Part shown: positions 50,474-60,574 of the stretch, in pieces
Position numbering within the stretch: position 1 is the first letter of the stretch
Layout: each line of letters opens with the position of its first letter
Origin: Candidatus Obscuribacteraceae bacterium
Lineage (GTDB): Bacteria > Cyanobacteriota > Vampirovibrionia > Obscuribacterales > Obscuribacteraceae
DNA: 64,000 nucleotides
Direction of reading: 5' to 3'
NCBI GenBank assembly: GCA_044229845.1
Contig: JBGASG010000003.1
Location: forward strand, 416,001 to 480,000
The notes under the pieces: generated by a model
Databases searched by the model: none
What the model was told of the DNA's origin: nothing
The model's input: the letters and a program-made list of their open reading frames with translations, nothing else
Program-made: the position numbers and the translations under genes

Positions 50474-51865
50474 ATGCCTGACGGCACCTTGGCGGACGCA
50501 AATTTTCTACCGGCAAAACCTCCAGCAAACTCCATTCTGGACTTCTCCGGTTCGCTCTCAGCGGGTCAGACCAGTCAGCTGGAGGGGGTCGCACACGCGC
50601 TGTCCTATCAGGCGAAAGTGGTCATCCTTCCTCAAAATTTCAATCCAACTGCTTTCGACCAATTCGCACGCGAGCTGGCGCAGCAGTGGCAGGTGCACGG
50701 CAACAGACTATTGATTGTCGTGGACCTGAAGGGTAAGCACATGCGCGCCCTCCCAGGCAAAACATTGCAGGCGAAAGGTGTTGATCAGAGTTTCCTCAAC
50801 CAGCAAGTCTTTCCAAACAGCTTTAAGCCATATGTTAAAGAGGGCGATGTCGCAGGAGCTATTCAGAATACGCTGCTCGCAATCAATACTCAGGTTCAAT
50901 CGCAAGCACGCGTCGGGCAAACTGTTGAATCGCAAAGAGTGCCTGCCGATGCCTACGGTGGCGGCACTCGCATGACGCCCGCCAGCGGAGGAGATAACGG
51001 CTGGGGGGTGTTCGCGATGCTGGCGTTGGTTCCCATTGCACTAACCGTGGTGTCGCTGGTGGCGATGCGCAAGAAAAGCGATTCAAACAGGTTGATGCGC
51101 AAGGAGTTGGAAGAGAAATCCTCGGCACTTTATCAAATTGCCGATCAACTCGGGCAAGCAAGCGAATATTTGCCACGCGATAAACATCCAGAGTTGGCAC
51201 AGAAAACGGCGGAATTTTTCAGCAAATTGAATGCCGTTGAGCAAGCAAAACGCGAGTTAGAGATGATGGAGCGTCAAGGCAAGACGAGGGAGGTTCGTGA
51301 CGGGCTGCTCAAGATTCATAAGGTCGTTGATCTTCTCAAGGCAGAAGGCAAAGAGCTGACTCCTCAGGTAAGTGCGCTCACGGGTGGCGTGCAGTCTTCA
51401 TTTGCTCCAATTCAAGAAGACGCAGGCAGCATCATCAAAGTCTCCGAAACCGACAAACAACGGCAAGCGGACGAGGACTTTAAGCTCCGCATTGCTGCCA
51501 GACAGAATCAAGCTCAGGCGATGGGCAACCAACGTTACTACACTCCAACCTGGATGTCCGAGCCCATGTACGCACCGATGATGGTGAATCCGTTTGGCGG
51601 AGTGGGCGGCATGATGACTATGGCGATGTTACTGAATCAGATGGATATGAACAGACGATTGAGTGATGTTGCTGCTCACCAGTACTATCAAGACCACTAC
51701 AACCAAAACAACTGGGACAACAACAATCAGAACGATGCCGGGTCTTGGGGCGGCGACGATGGCGGCTCCTGGGGTGGCGGAGATTCTGGCGGCGGAGACT
51801 GGGGTGGCGGCGGTGATTTCGGCGGTGGGGCTGATTTCGGAGGCGGCGGGGGCGGCGACTGGTAG
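50474..51865 (+). CDS. TPM-domain membrane protein with coiled coil and Gly/Asp/Trp-rich tail
   Basis: N-terminal D.SGSLS...FARELAQQW...LLIVV...FKPYVKEGD.AG TPM-like pattern, one TM helix, GGSWGG/GGDFGG C-terminus. Confidence 0.75.
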   Translation: MPDGTLADANFLPAKPPANSILDFSGSLSAGQTSQLEGVAHALSYQAKVVILPQNFNPTAFDQFARELAQQWQVHGNRLLIVVDLKGKHMRALPGKTLQAKGVDQSFLNQQVFPNSFKPYVKEGDVAGAIQNTLLAINTQVQSQARVGQTVESQRVPADAYGGGTRMTPASGGDNGWGVFAMLALVPIALTVVSLVAMRKKSDSNRLMRKELEEKSSALYQIADQLGQASEYLPRDKHPELAQKTAEFFSKLNAVEQAKRELEMMERQGKTREVRDGLLKIHKVVDLLKAEGKELTPQVSALTGGVQSSFAPIQEDAGSIIKVSETDKQRQADEDFKLRIAARQNQAQAMGNQRYYTPTWMSEPMYAPMMVNPFGGVGGMMTMAMLLNQMDMNRRLSDVAAHQYYQDHYNQNNWDNNNQNDAGSWGGDDGGSWGGGDSGGGDWGGGGDFGGGADFGGGGGGDW

Positions 51866-51888
51866 CTGCCTATACGCAGCGCTCCGGC

Positions 51889-51916
51889 GACGTGCGAAAA
51901 ACGTCGGTTTATCGTT
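51889..51916 (-). repeat. Dispersed 28-bp intergenic pseudo-palindrome, copy 10
   Basis: Minus strand AACGATAAAC-CGAC-GTTTTTCGCACGTC between convergent genes. Confidence 0.75.
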
Positions 51917-51937
51917 ATCCTTCCCAATCGGCGTGAG

Positions 51938-52237
51938 CTAGCTGGGACGCCAGTTGCGTCCCATGCTCTGTCCGATGCGGAATCCCTGAATGAGATTAGT
52001 GCGAGTCAGTTGGTACAGTTCGTTGAGAGCAGACGCGTCTTCGATACCGTATTTGGTGGCGATGGCATTGACCTGTTGCATGGCGACGGCGGAAAAATAT
52101 ACGAAAACTTCGTCACGCACTTCGCCACGACCCTGGTTGGGAAGCCGAAGAATGGCTTTTCCAAAGTCGTTGTTTACAGCGTCAACAATCTGCGCTTCCA
52201 ACATATCTTCATAAATGGAATCTATTTTGCGTCCCAT
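51938..52237 (-). CDS. Hypothetical protein
   Basis: 99-aa ORF with GAGG upstream, co-oriented downstream of udg, protein-like composition. Confidence 0.7.
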   Translation of the reverse strand: MGRKIDSIYEDMLEAQIVDAVNNDFGKAILRLPNQGRGEVRDEVFVYFSAVAMQQVNAIATKYGIEDASALNELYQLTRTNLIQGFRIGQSMGRNWRPS

Positions 52238-52277
52238 GTTAACTGTGCCTCAGAATTCTCTGCCTGAAAGAAAGTGT

Positions 52278-52919
52278 TTATTCGAGAGCATCGAGCGCAT
52301 TGCGAACTTCCTTGATGTCTTGCCACATCAGCCACTTCGGGCTTCCGACTTCTTTGGAATCGTTGCGCAATAAATACGAGGGATGAAATACGGGCATAAC
52401 TCTAGCACCGTTTCTATACTCAAGCCATTTCCCTCTGATCTTACTGATAGGATCCTTTACGCGCAGTACACCCTGCACTGCGGTGGCACCGGCAAGCAGA
52501 ATTATTCTCGGACGCACAAAGTCGATCTGCGCTTCCAGATAGGGGCGGCAAGCGGCCGCTTCAATCGGAGTCGGAACCCGATTGCCTGGCGGACGGCACT
52601 TCACGATATTGCAGATATAAGTCTCGGTCTTGCGGTCGATGTTTCCTGCTTCGAGGATCTTCGAAAGCAACTGCCCAGCTCGCCCTACAAATGGCACGCC
52701 CTGCTCGTCTTCTTGCTGCCCGGGGCCTTCACCGATGATCATTAGCTTGGCTTTAGGATTACCATCAAAGAAGACAACGCTATTGCGAGTGGTGCACAAT
52801 CCGCATTTCTGGCACTGCATGGCGGCAGCTTGCGCTTCCTCAAGCGTAGAATAGAGTTGCAGCGCCTGCTGTTCCGGCTCTGCAGGCTTTTTCACCACAG
52901 TAGAATTCGGTTGTTGCAT
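52278..52919 (-). CDS. udg: Family-4 (Fe-S) uracil-DNA glycosylase
   Basis: CQKCGL, IGEGPG..ED..G.PFVGRAG, NIVKCRPPGNR, FHPSYLLR. Confidence 0.95.
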   Translation of the reverse strand: MQQPNSTVVKKPAEPEQQALQLYSTLEEAQAAAMQCQKCGLCTTRNSVVFFDGNPKAKLMIIGEGPGQQEDEQGVPFVGRAGQLLSKILEAGNIDRKTETYICNIVKCRPPGNRVPTPIEAAACRPYLEAQIDFVRPRIILLAGATAVQGVLRVKDPISKIRGKWLEYRNGARVMPVFHPSYLLRNDSKEVGSPKWLMWQDIKEVRNALDALE

Positions 52920-53095
52920 TGCTAATTTCTCGCCTCAAGTGTTGTTTCGGGTTGGACATGCTCTTTCGACATGCAACCCATATACAATTCGCAGTACAAC
53001 GCGCATAGGATGCGGCTTTCAGCCCTGCCGGAAAATCCTAGCACGCGCGCATCAGCGGCTGCCTTAAGTGCTGCCGGAACAGAGAGACCATACAC

Positions 53096-53123
53096 AGAGA
53101 AGAACTGATGTTTTTCGCGTGTT
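53096..53123 (+). repeat. Dispersed 28-bp intergenic pseudo-palindrome, copy 11
   Basis: AGAGAAGAAC-TGAT-GTTTTTCGCGTGTT, 3 bp from the murI stop. Confidence 0.82.
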
Positions 53124-53126
53124 TGT

Positions 53127-54107
53127 TTAACCAGTAATCGACGAGCGGCGCTCAGCCGTTTCTCCAAGCTGGACGCTGGGCAGCACTACGACATTGGTCA
53201 CCGCCGGCTCGCTTGCCGCATTGCGGGCGACCATAGCGCAGTCGTATGCCACGGACAGGTCATCTAGACTGACACCAGATACAGTGCTGCCGGCTAGCAG
53301 TCTTTGGGTGCCGATGCCCAGGCAAGTCGCGGCCGCTTCTGTAAATGAGTGCGTGTCACCGGTTACGAACAGCTTCTTGTGCTGAGCCGGTGCCGGCGTG
53401 AAGTTATCGTATCCAGCGTCCACGTGCAGCCTGGAATCTAATTCAGCAAGCAGCATACGAGCAGGGTCGACCAGTTCGATTGAAGCCGGCAACAGATCTG
53501 AGAGCGCATTTTGCAGGAATGGGAAGTGCGTGCAGCCAAGCACGACCGCTTCTACGGAGTCTTTGCGCAGCTGATTGGCATACCTGGAGAGAACGTGCGC
53601 AGTCTGCTCACCTTCGATGAAGCCGGATTCGACCAGCGGCACCAGGTCCGGACAGGCAATCTCTATGACCTCTACAGAAGGATTGAGCGCTCGCACCGCA
53701 CGCGAAAAAGCTCGGCTTTTGATAGTCGAATAGGTAGCCAGGACGCCGACTTTCTTGTATCGGTTCGCCAGATAACGCGCGGTCGGAAAAATCAGGTTAT
53801 GCACCGGAACCGGTGACACTCGCTTGGCGTGATCGAGAGACAGGGCGGCGCTGGTATTACAGGCCATGACGATGTGGTCAGCCTGGTGCATGAGCAACCA
53901 GCCAATTATCTCTTCGACAAATTGATCCACCTCGCGGGCATCTCGATTGCCGTAGGGACAGCGCGCAGTGTCGCCGACATATACGAAGCGATACTGCCTG
54001 CCATCAGCAGTGGGAGGCAGCTTCTCCAACTGGCGCAGTACCGAAAGTCCGCCAACGCCGGAATCGAAAAGTCCAATAGTAATGGTGTCGCTGTCGCGCA
54101 CGGGCAA
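53127..54107 (-). CDS. murI: Glutamate racemase
   Basis: IGLFDSGVGGLSV, DTARCPYG, MACNTS, VLGCTHFP. Confidence 0.96.
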   Translation of the reverse strand: MPVRDSDTITIGLFDSGVGGLSVLRQLEKLPPTADGRQYRFVYVGDTARCPYGNRDAREVDQFVEEIIGWLLMHQADHIVMACNTSAALSLDHAKRVSPVPVHNLIFPTARYLANRYKKVGVLATYSTIKSRAFSRAVRALNPSVEVIEIACPDLVPLVESGFIEGEQTAHVLSRYANQLRKDSVEAVVLGCTHFPFLQNALSDLLPASIELVDPARMLLAELDSRLHVDAGYDNFTPAPAQHKKLFVTGDTHSFTEAAATCLGIGTQRLLAGSTVSGVSLDDLSVAYDCAMVARNAASEPAVTNVVVLPSVQLGETAERRSSITG

Positions 54108-54143
54108 AATAGAGACTCCTGAGAACTTATTCCTTTAGTGGAT

Positions 54144-56666
54144 CTACCTACTACGGTTCGATCTTAGCGAGCGGTGAGCAATTGCGATACGTTTGTTTGA
54201 TTTTTTCGCTTTGCGTCTATTCATCGCGATCTTCGTAGGTTTTTCGCGTCCTGCCGGCTTTTTCGCGTGCAAAATTTGCGTAAAACGTTTTCCCTTTTTG
54301 GACTGGGACGCCGCCTGGGAGGTTCGTGTTCCGCTTGCGTCTGCCGTCTGAGAACTGCGCGCCGCCTGTTTTACCGAACTCATGCCGGCGGCCGTAGCCG
54401 AAGCAATACTGGCGCCTGGATTGGTTCCATGCGTTGCAACGTAGACGATAACACCCTGGGCCAAAGCTTCGGCAATCTTTTGCTGATAATCAGATGAGAT
54501 TAATTTGTCTCTCTCATCCTTATTGGAGATGAATCCCACTTCAGCGAGGATAGCCGGGTAAGGCGTGTGATTAACGACATAAAATCGCGCCGTGCGAACG
54601 TTGCGGTCAGGCACTGCCAGTTTGCCGACCAGGGACGAATGAATCGATTCTGCGAGCGGCCTGCTTTGTGGGTGCAAATAATATGTTTCTATGCCGGTTA
54701 TCGAATTGTTGCTTTCCAGCGAGTTGATGTGAACGCTGACGAAGGCACTGGGGGCCGTTTCATTGGTGATTCGCACCCGCTCTTCCAGAGAAACGAATGT
54801 GTCATCAGAGCGCGTCATCACGACTCGGGCGCCCTGCCTGCGTAGGAGCTTTCTGAGTTTTTCGCAAATCGCCAAAGTGATTTCCTTCTCCTGGATGTCA
54901 CCGCGCTGAGCCCCTGGATCGGTGCCCCCGTGACCGGCATCGATAACAATGACGCTGCCGCCGGGCAGATGGGCAGCCGGATTGAAGGCTGTAGGCATTT
55001 CTTTCGCTATATCGATAATCAGCAAACCGTTCTCATCGCATCGCTCGCAAACCTGTATGTCTTCGCTGTTCAAATCCAGGACGATGCGTCCACAAGCGCC
55101 ATCAGGGCTGCCCAGTCGAATTGTTTTGACGAAGGCATTTTCAGGGATCTCGGGCATGGTGGCACTGGACAGGTCCGCAGCGCTTTCTATATCTATGACA
55201 TGGCGCTCCGGATCATGTAAGCGGAAAGTCTTCGTTTTTGGCAGTTTGCCGGACGACGACGAAACCGCCAAGCGCAAAGGAACAACGCTCACCACCTTTA
55301 TCTCGGAAGAAGAGACTATGTCAGGCGCTTGATCCGCAATATTTGCGCCTTCTTCCTCACTGACGACCTTTTCCTGAGCGGAAAGAGCGACCGATGGCGG
55401 TGGTGGTGGCGGTAAAAAGTCAGATTTCGCGCCATTACCGGCCAACGCCTTTGGCATAGTCAAGGCACCGCGTGCAGTACCGCCGCTGATCTGAGCGCCT
55501 CCGGTTCGCATATTTGGTGCGCTCTGAGGAAACTTGGAAGCGGAGCTAATCTGAACCGTCTTCTTGACGCTGGACAATCCAGGCAACATTGGCGGGTCAG
55601 CCTCTGCTACAACTTCGACGACCTCGGTCTCGAGTTGAGGTTTTTCAATCTTGGCAGATCTGCGTTTGTCAGCGGGAGCCGTGGAGAGCGCCGGACTGGC
55701 AGCAGTCGGCGGCACCGTTGAGGAAGAATTGGTCGCGGTGCCTTTGCGCGAACCAGGCGATACGGACGAAGCTGAGGGGGGAACCGACGGAGCCACATGA
55801 ACCAGGGACGGTGAGGCGGACGCAGGCTCGGCAATTGGTCCGCGCAGTACTGGTTTGTTTGGATCGACCAGCTTTTTCACTTCGACTTTCGCCTGACCGG
55901 CGGCCGCAGTAGTGATCCGGGACACACTGGCCGCTTGTGGCGCCGGCGCGGGCAGTGCCTGACCGTCGACCTGAAGGTCCAACAGCAGTCCACCGGAAGG
56001 CATAGGAGGCAAACTGGATCTGTTGTTTCCAGTCGTCACGCTCGCAGTTCGCTGGACAGGAACCGTCGGTATCGAACCATTAGCCACTGAGGCACGCTGC
56101 GGCGCAAAGCGGGGTATCGTCGACGTCGAGGACATGGTCGGCGGAGCGGCGGCGATCGCGCCGACGGGAGTCAATCTCGGAACCATGCCGTTGCCAGTAT
56201 CAAAGCCGGCGGAGGGGAGCTTTACAGTCAGAGTTCCAGATGACGATGATGCGAATTCGACTCTCTTGAAAACGCGCATCGATGGCGCGGATAAAACTAG
56301 ACGAAATATTGCGGGTCGGTCCTGAACTTGGGCGATGCGCACTTTCTGAATGCCGCCGCCGGTCGGGTAGATGATTCGCGACGCCTGACCAAAATTGAGA
56401 CCAACGAAGTCAGCAACCATGACAGCTTCGCCATTGTCGCCCGGGTAGAACCGCACCGCTGGCGGCGGCAATGCTGATTGCCCGCTGGTATTTATGATCA
56501 ACGCCGATGGGCTCTCGACGACCGACGTTACCTCTCGGTCGCGTACTCCTGTCGTTTTTCGCCCGCTATATGATGACGCTGACTGAGCCATTGCATGCGG
56601 TGCAACGGATAGCCACGATATTAAAAACAGAGCGGTTAGCGCTAGGGGGCGGACATACCGCCTCAT
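54144..56666 (-). CDS. amiC: N-acetylmuramoyl-L-alanine amidase (Amidase_3) with signal peptide, AMIN-like domains and long linkers
   Basis: IDAGHGGTDPGA, EKEITL, MTRSDD..VSLEERV, VSVHIN, AEVGFISN; L.DPERHVIDI AMIN-like motif; directly upstream of murI. Confidence 0.9.
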   Translation of the reverse strand: MRRYVRPLALTALFLISWLSVAPHAMAQSASSYSGRKTTGVRDREVTSVVESPSALIINTSGQSALPPPAVRFYPGDNGEAVMVADFVGLNFGQASRIIYPTGGGIQKVRIAQVQDRPAIFRLVLSAPSMRVFKRVEFASSSSGTLTVKLPSAGFDTGNGMVPRLTPVGAIAAAPPTMSSTSTIPRFAPQRASVANGSIPTVPVQRTASVTTGNNRSSLPPMPSGGLLLDLQVDGQALPAPAPQAASVSRITTAAAGQAKVEVKKLVDPNKPVLRGPIAEPASASPSLVHVAPSVPPSASSVSPGSRKGTATNSSSTVPPTAASPALSTAPADKRRSAKIEKPQLETEVVEVVAEADPPMLPGLSSVKKTVQISSASKFPQSAPNMRTGGAQISGGTARGALTMPKALAGNGAKSDFLPPPPPPSVALSAQEKVVSEEEGANIADQAPDIVSSSEIKVVSVVPLRLAVSSSSGKLPKTKTFRLHDPERHVIDIESAADLSSATMPEIPENAFVKTIRLGSPDGACGRIVLDLNSEDIQVCERCDENGLLIIDIAKEMPTAFNPAAHLPGGSVIVIDAGHGGTDPGAQRGDIQEKEITLAICEKLRKLLRRQGARVVMTRSDDTFVSLEERVRITNETAPSAFVSVHINSLESNNSITGIETYYLHPQSRPLAESIHSSLVGKLAVPDRNVRTARFYVVNHTPYPAILAEVGFISNKDERDKLISSDYQQKIAEALAQGVIVYVATHGTNPGASIASATAAGMSSVKQAARSSQTADASGTRTSQAASQSKKGKRFTQILHAKKPAGREKPTKIAMNRRKAKKSNKRIAIAHRSLRSNRSR

Positions 56667-56923
56667 GAGGCCACCTTAACCTTTCTAGCTGGGGCAATCA
56701 TAACACGCGAAACCAAGAGGCTGTAGTCAGAATATTGGTGTCATTCTTGATAACGTGCCACCGCCGGTAGAGCTAGCTTAAATTTGCTCTGCGGCAGCAT
56801 AAATGGAATATCTGATACCCTCATGGTTGCTGGGGCGTGGGCGCAGAGCTGAATGCGCGCAGAACTGCGGCGCCTTGCCGTACACCACACCAAACTTACT
56901 AAGTTGCATAAGGGAGTTGTTCG

Positions 56924-59059
56924 ATGAGTACTGCGCTTTTGGATTACGGTCCGATTCTCGCGGCCTTCGCTGCCATCGTCTATGGATTGGGCGTCGGCGG
57001 GTGGGTCCTCAAGCTCAGTCCCGGCAACGAACGGATGCAGCAAATTGCCGGCGCCATACAAGAGGGCGCAGCCGCTTATATGAACCGCCAGTACACGACG
57101 ATCGCCATGGTCGGTGTGGCACTGTTCGTGATTATCGGACTGGCACTCAACTGGCTGACCGCGCTGGGATTCGCAGTGGGAGCTATCTTGAGCGGCGCCG
57201 CTGGTTTCCTTGGCATGTTCGTCTCGGTGAGAGCAAACGTGCGTACGGCGGAAGCAGCACGCAAAGGTCTGGGCAGCGCGCTTGATGTCGCCTTCAAAGG
57301 CGGCGCGGTGACAGGACTTCTGGTGGTCGGACTGGGACTTTTGGGAGTTGCCGGGTTCTATCTATTTACCGGCACTGACATGGCGAAGAGCATGTTCCAT
57401 ATTGAAGGCGTTGAGCAACGAGTGGCGGCGCTGGTCGGACTCGGTTTCGGCGCCAGTCTCATTTCGGTGTTCGCCCGTCTCGGTGGTGGCATCTACACCA
57501 AAGCCGCAGACGTCGGCGCTGACCTCGTAGGAAAAGTCGAAGCCGGCATTCCGGAAGACGACCCGCGAAATCCGGCAGTTATTGCGGACAACGTGGGCGA
57601 TAACGTCGGCGACTGCGCCGGCATGGCTGCCGACCTATTCGAGACCTACGCGGTTACCGCAATTGCAACTATGTTGATTGCGTCCATTACGTTCCACGAG
57701 CAGATCGCTGCCGGCAATCACAACGCCGTCCTTTATCCGCTCGCGCTGGGAGCAATCTCGATCATTGCCTCAATCATCGGAACATTCGCCGTTCGCCTCG
57801 GTATCGGATTTGGTGCCAAGAACAACATTATGGGTTCTATGTACAACGGACTACTAGTTGCTGGTCTTCTGGCTGCCGGTGGTTTCTATTGGATTACCTC
57901 GCAGATGATGCGCGGCATGGGCGAACATGGCTACCCCACTTATTTCTGGGCATCGATGGTGGGTCTGGTTGTGACCGGATTGCTGGTCATGATCACCGAG
58001 TACTACACATCTACTGAATACGCGCCTGTCAAATCGATCGCCAAAGCGTCGGAGACAGGACATGCAACCAACATCATCGCCGGTCTGGCTGTTTCGATGC
58101 GGGCAACCGCCGCGCCAGTGCTGGTGATTATCGCGGGTATCTTGGTTTCCTTCAGCTTGTGCGGTGTGTTCGGAGTAGCCCTGGCTGCGATGTCTATGCT
58201 CAGCATGGCAGGAATCATCGTCGCTATTGACTCCTACGGACCGATCACGGATAACGCCGGCGGCATCGCCGAAATGAGCGAATTACCTAAAGAAGTCAGA
58301 AACATCACAGACCCTCTGGATGCCGTCGGCAACACGACCAAGGCGGTAACAAAAGGCTACGCTATCGGCTCAGCCGGACTGGCAGCCATCGTTCTGTTCG
58401 CCTCCTACGTTCAAGATTTGAAGGCCAGCGCAGTCAAAGCTGGACTGGACACAGCTAACTTAAACTTCGACCTATCCAGCCCATACGTCCTGTGTGGACT
58501 GTTTCTGGGCGGACTGATTCCGTACCTGTTTGGCGCGCTGGCTATGGAAGCCGTCGGCGCCACCGGTGGTCTGGTTGTGGAAGAAGTGCGCCGACAGTTC
58601 AAGGCCATTCCGGGCATTATGGAAGGCACAGCCAAACCTGAGTACGGCTCCTGCGTCGACATCGTCACCAAAGCCGCGCTGCGATATATGATTTTGCCGG
58701 CGTTGTTACCGGTGCTCACTCCGGTAGTGATTGCCCTTGTCGGCACCCTCTGGCTGAACCACGCGTTGCCCGGGCAGTTCGCCGCAGCAAAAATGCTCGG
58801 TGGGGTCCTGGTCGGCAGCATCGTGACCGGGCTCTTCGTAGCAGTGTCCATGACCTCCGGCGGCGGTGCGTGGGACAACGCCAAGAAATACATCGAGGAA
58901 GGTCACCATGGCGGCAAAGGCTCAGAAGCACACAAAGCTGCCGTCACGGGCGATACCGTCGGCGATCCTTACAAGGACACTGCAGGACCGGCCATCAATC
59001 CGATGATCAAAATTCTGAACATCGTCGCGCTACTGATCATTGGCTTCCTGGTGAAGTAA
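56924..59059 (+). CDS. hppA: Membrane-bound proton-translocating pyrophosphatase, K+-independent type
   Basis: [63 protein letters not shown]; many TM helices. Confidence 0.96.
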   Translation: MSTALLDYGPILAAFAAIVYGLGVGGWVLKLSPGNERMQQIAGAIQEGAAAYMNRQYTTIAMVGVALFVIIGLALNWLTALGFAVGAILSGAAGFLGMFVSVRANVRTAEAARKGLGSALDVAFKGGAVTGLLVVGLGLLGVAGFYLFTGTDMAKSMFHIEGVEQRVAALVGLGFGASLISVFARLGGGIYTKAADVGADLVGKVEAGIPEDDPRNPAVIADNVGDNVGDCAGMAADLFETYAVTAIATMLIASITFHEQIAAGNHNAVLYPLALGAISIIASIIGTFAVRLGIGFGAKNNIMGSMYNGLLVAGLLAAGGFYWITSQMMRGMGEHGYPTYFWASMVGLVVTGLLVMITEYYTSTEYAPVKSIAKASETGHATNIIAGLAVSMRATAAPVLVIIAGILVSFSLCGVFGVALAAMSMLSMAGIIVAIDSYGPITDNAGGIAEMSELPKEVRNITDPLDAVGNTTKAVTKGYAIGSAGLAAIVLFASYVQDLKASAVKAGLDTANLNFDLSSPYVLCGLFLGGLIPYLFGALAMEAVGATGGLVVEEVRRQFKAIPGIMEGTAKPEYGSCVDIVTKAALRYMILPALLPVLTPVVIALVGTLWLNHALPGQFAAAKMLGGVLVGSIVTGLFVAVSMTSGGGAWDNAKKYIEEGHHGGKGSEAHKAAVTGDTVGDPYKDTAGPAINPMIKILNIVALLIIGFLVK

Positions 59060-59062
59060 CCC

Positions 59063-59542
59063 ATGCAGATCCGCGCTGGCAACAGGCAGGACGAAGACAA
59101 GATTCGCACGATTATTTTCAACGCCATGAAAGAGTGCGGTCTTGAGCCTGAGCCGGAAGGACGCGAGGACGACCTGAAAAACATCGAAGCCGGCTACTTC
59201 TGGCACGACGGTATTTTTGTCGTTGCCGAGCGAGAAGGAGAAATCATCGGCGTCGCCGGTGGCCGCAGAAATCCCGACACCGAGGGCGATGCGGAACTGG
59301 AATTGATCAGGCTTGCCGTTCTTCCATCAGAAAGAAAGCATAACGTGGCTCGCCAGCTGCTGGACACGATTATGTTCTTCGCCGGCAATTCAGAATATGA
59401 GCGGGTGATTCTGCGGACAAAAGCGAAGGTCATACCCGGAGTACTGGAGAAACTCGGATTCAATGTAGACAAAAGCCGCGCCGGCGATGCGGTGCCTGTA
59501 TATACTCAACCGGTCGCAGCGCGCGCCAGTTGCCGGAAGTAG
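59063..59542 (+). CDS. GNAT family acetyltransferase
   Basis: FVVAE..GEIIG, ELIRLAV.P..R...VARQLL, KLGF. Confidence 0.8.
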   Translation: MQIRAGNRQDEDKIRTIIFNAMKECGLEPEPEGREDDLKNIEAGYFWHDGIFVVAEREGEIIGVAGGRRNPDTEGDAELELIRLAVLPSERKHNVARQLLDTIMFFAGNSEYERVILRTKAKVIPGVLEKLGFNVDKSRAGDAVPVYTQPVAARASCRK

Positions 59543-60318
59543 AAGGGCCAAGCAGTCGGTTCGCGTACAACCAACTTCGATAGATCGTCGCAAAAGTCTT
59601 GATAGTCTTTGTCGACTGTCGCCACCGCTGATGCCAGTTGCGCTTGTTTCGCCAGATAGGGTTCGTATTCGCTGGTGCGCTTGGCACGTTTCTCATCGGG
59701 CTTACGGTGCGGCTTTTCTTCCCTTGTCGCAAGATCCAGCAGAGAAATCATCCAGCCTGGAAGAAGCGACGTTCGGCTGCGCATCTCCTCCTTTTCCTTG
59801 CGTCCGAACCATTGCACCATTTTTTGCGCGAGTCCATTGTCTTTTAGCAGCGCTTGCCCGCTTTTCCAGATGGCGCGGAGCGTCTCACCGACTACCGAGT
59901 TACCCAGATGCAATCGCGAATCAGCGACCTTTCTAAAAATCACTCGTCCTCGACAAGTCATGAAGCTCGAGCTTGAACTAGATACTGCAAATTCAACGCC
60001 TTTGATGGGCTTCTGTTCAATTCCGAATGCTTGCGCCAACTCGCGCCCTGAGGATCTGATTGTTTTGCCGAACGCTTCCGCCTTGACGTTCGCGATTTCC
60101 CCTAACGACGGCCAAGATGTTTTGGCTTTCGAAAAACCGAACGTCTTTCTATACACACCGCGCGCCACTCGAATGACGAATTCCAAGTCGACCAGACGGC
60201 GCATTATCTGATCGATAGTCGAACGCTTGCCCAACGAAAGCAGCGATTTCGTAGCGAACACTTTTCCTTCAGGCATCTTCGCAACCGCACGTTTCACACG
60301 GCTCATGGTTTGGCCCAT
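59506..60318 (-). CDS. DUF6088 family protein (AbiEi-like winged-HTH N-terminus)
   Basis: PEGKVF....LL.LG.R..IDQ.M.RLV....V.RVARGVY, PS..EIA..KA, SG..LA..FG pattern; AGGAGG upstream. Confidence 0.75.
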   Translation of the reverse strand: MGQTMSRVKRAVAKMPEGKVFATKSLLSLGKRSTIDQIMRRLVDLEFVIRVARGVYRKTFGFSKAKTSWPSLGEIANVKAEAFGKTIRSSGRELAQAFGIEQKPIKGVEFAVSSSSSSFMTCRGRVIFRKVADSRLHLGNSVVGETLRAIWKSGQALLKDNGLAQKMVQWFGRKEKEEMRSRTSLLPGWMISLLDLATREEKPHRKPDEKRAKRTSEYEPYLAKQAQLASAVATVDKDYQDFCDDLSKLVVREPTAWPFYFRQLARAATG

Positions 60319-60439
60319 CTTTCTTCCTCCTACGTGGAGAGCTATATCTCTTAAACGTAGGACGACGGCAAAAAGTTCAATCCAAATCGTGATCTGTGGA
60401 TTAATTCGATGTGGCGCCGGCTCTGGCTCCGAATTTCAC

Positions 60440-60467
60440 AACTAGCGAAAAACACTAGAAGTTCGCC
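60440..60467 (-). repeat. Degenerate copy (12) of the 28-bp pseudo-palindrome
   Basis: Minus strand GGCGAACTTC-TAGT-GTTTTTCGCTAGTT. Confidence 0.55.
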
Positions 60468-60506
60468 TGCGTGAGCGTCCACGTAACTAGTGCCACCATG
60501 ACAAAG

Positions 60507-60536
60507 AAAAAACCGGGACATAAGTCCCGGTTTTTT
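60507..60536. terminator. Intrinsic terminator downstream of ftsZ (bidirectional architecture)
   Basis: AAAAAACCGGGAC-ATAA-GTCCCGGTTTTTT. Confidence 0.88.
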
Positions 60537-60574
60537 GAGTTTAGTTTGCGATACGCAATTTGCGAGTGCGCTTT

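Noticed and set aside
51735..51862. GGC-rich tandem-like repeats at the end of the TPM gene
   Set aside because: They encode the Gly-rich tail typical of this family and are not an independent DNA repeat.
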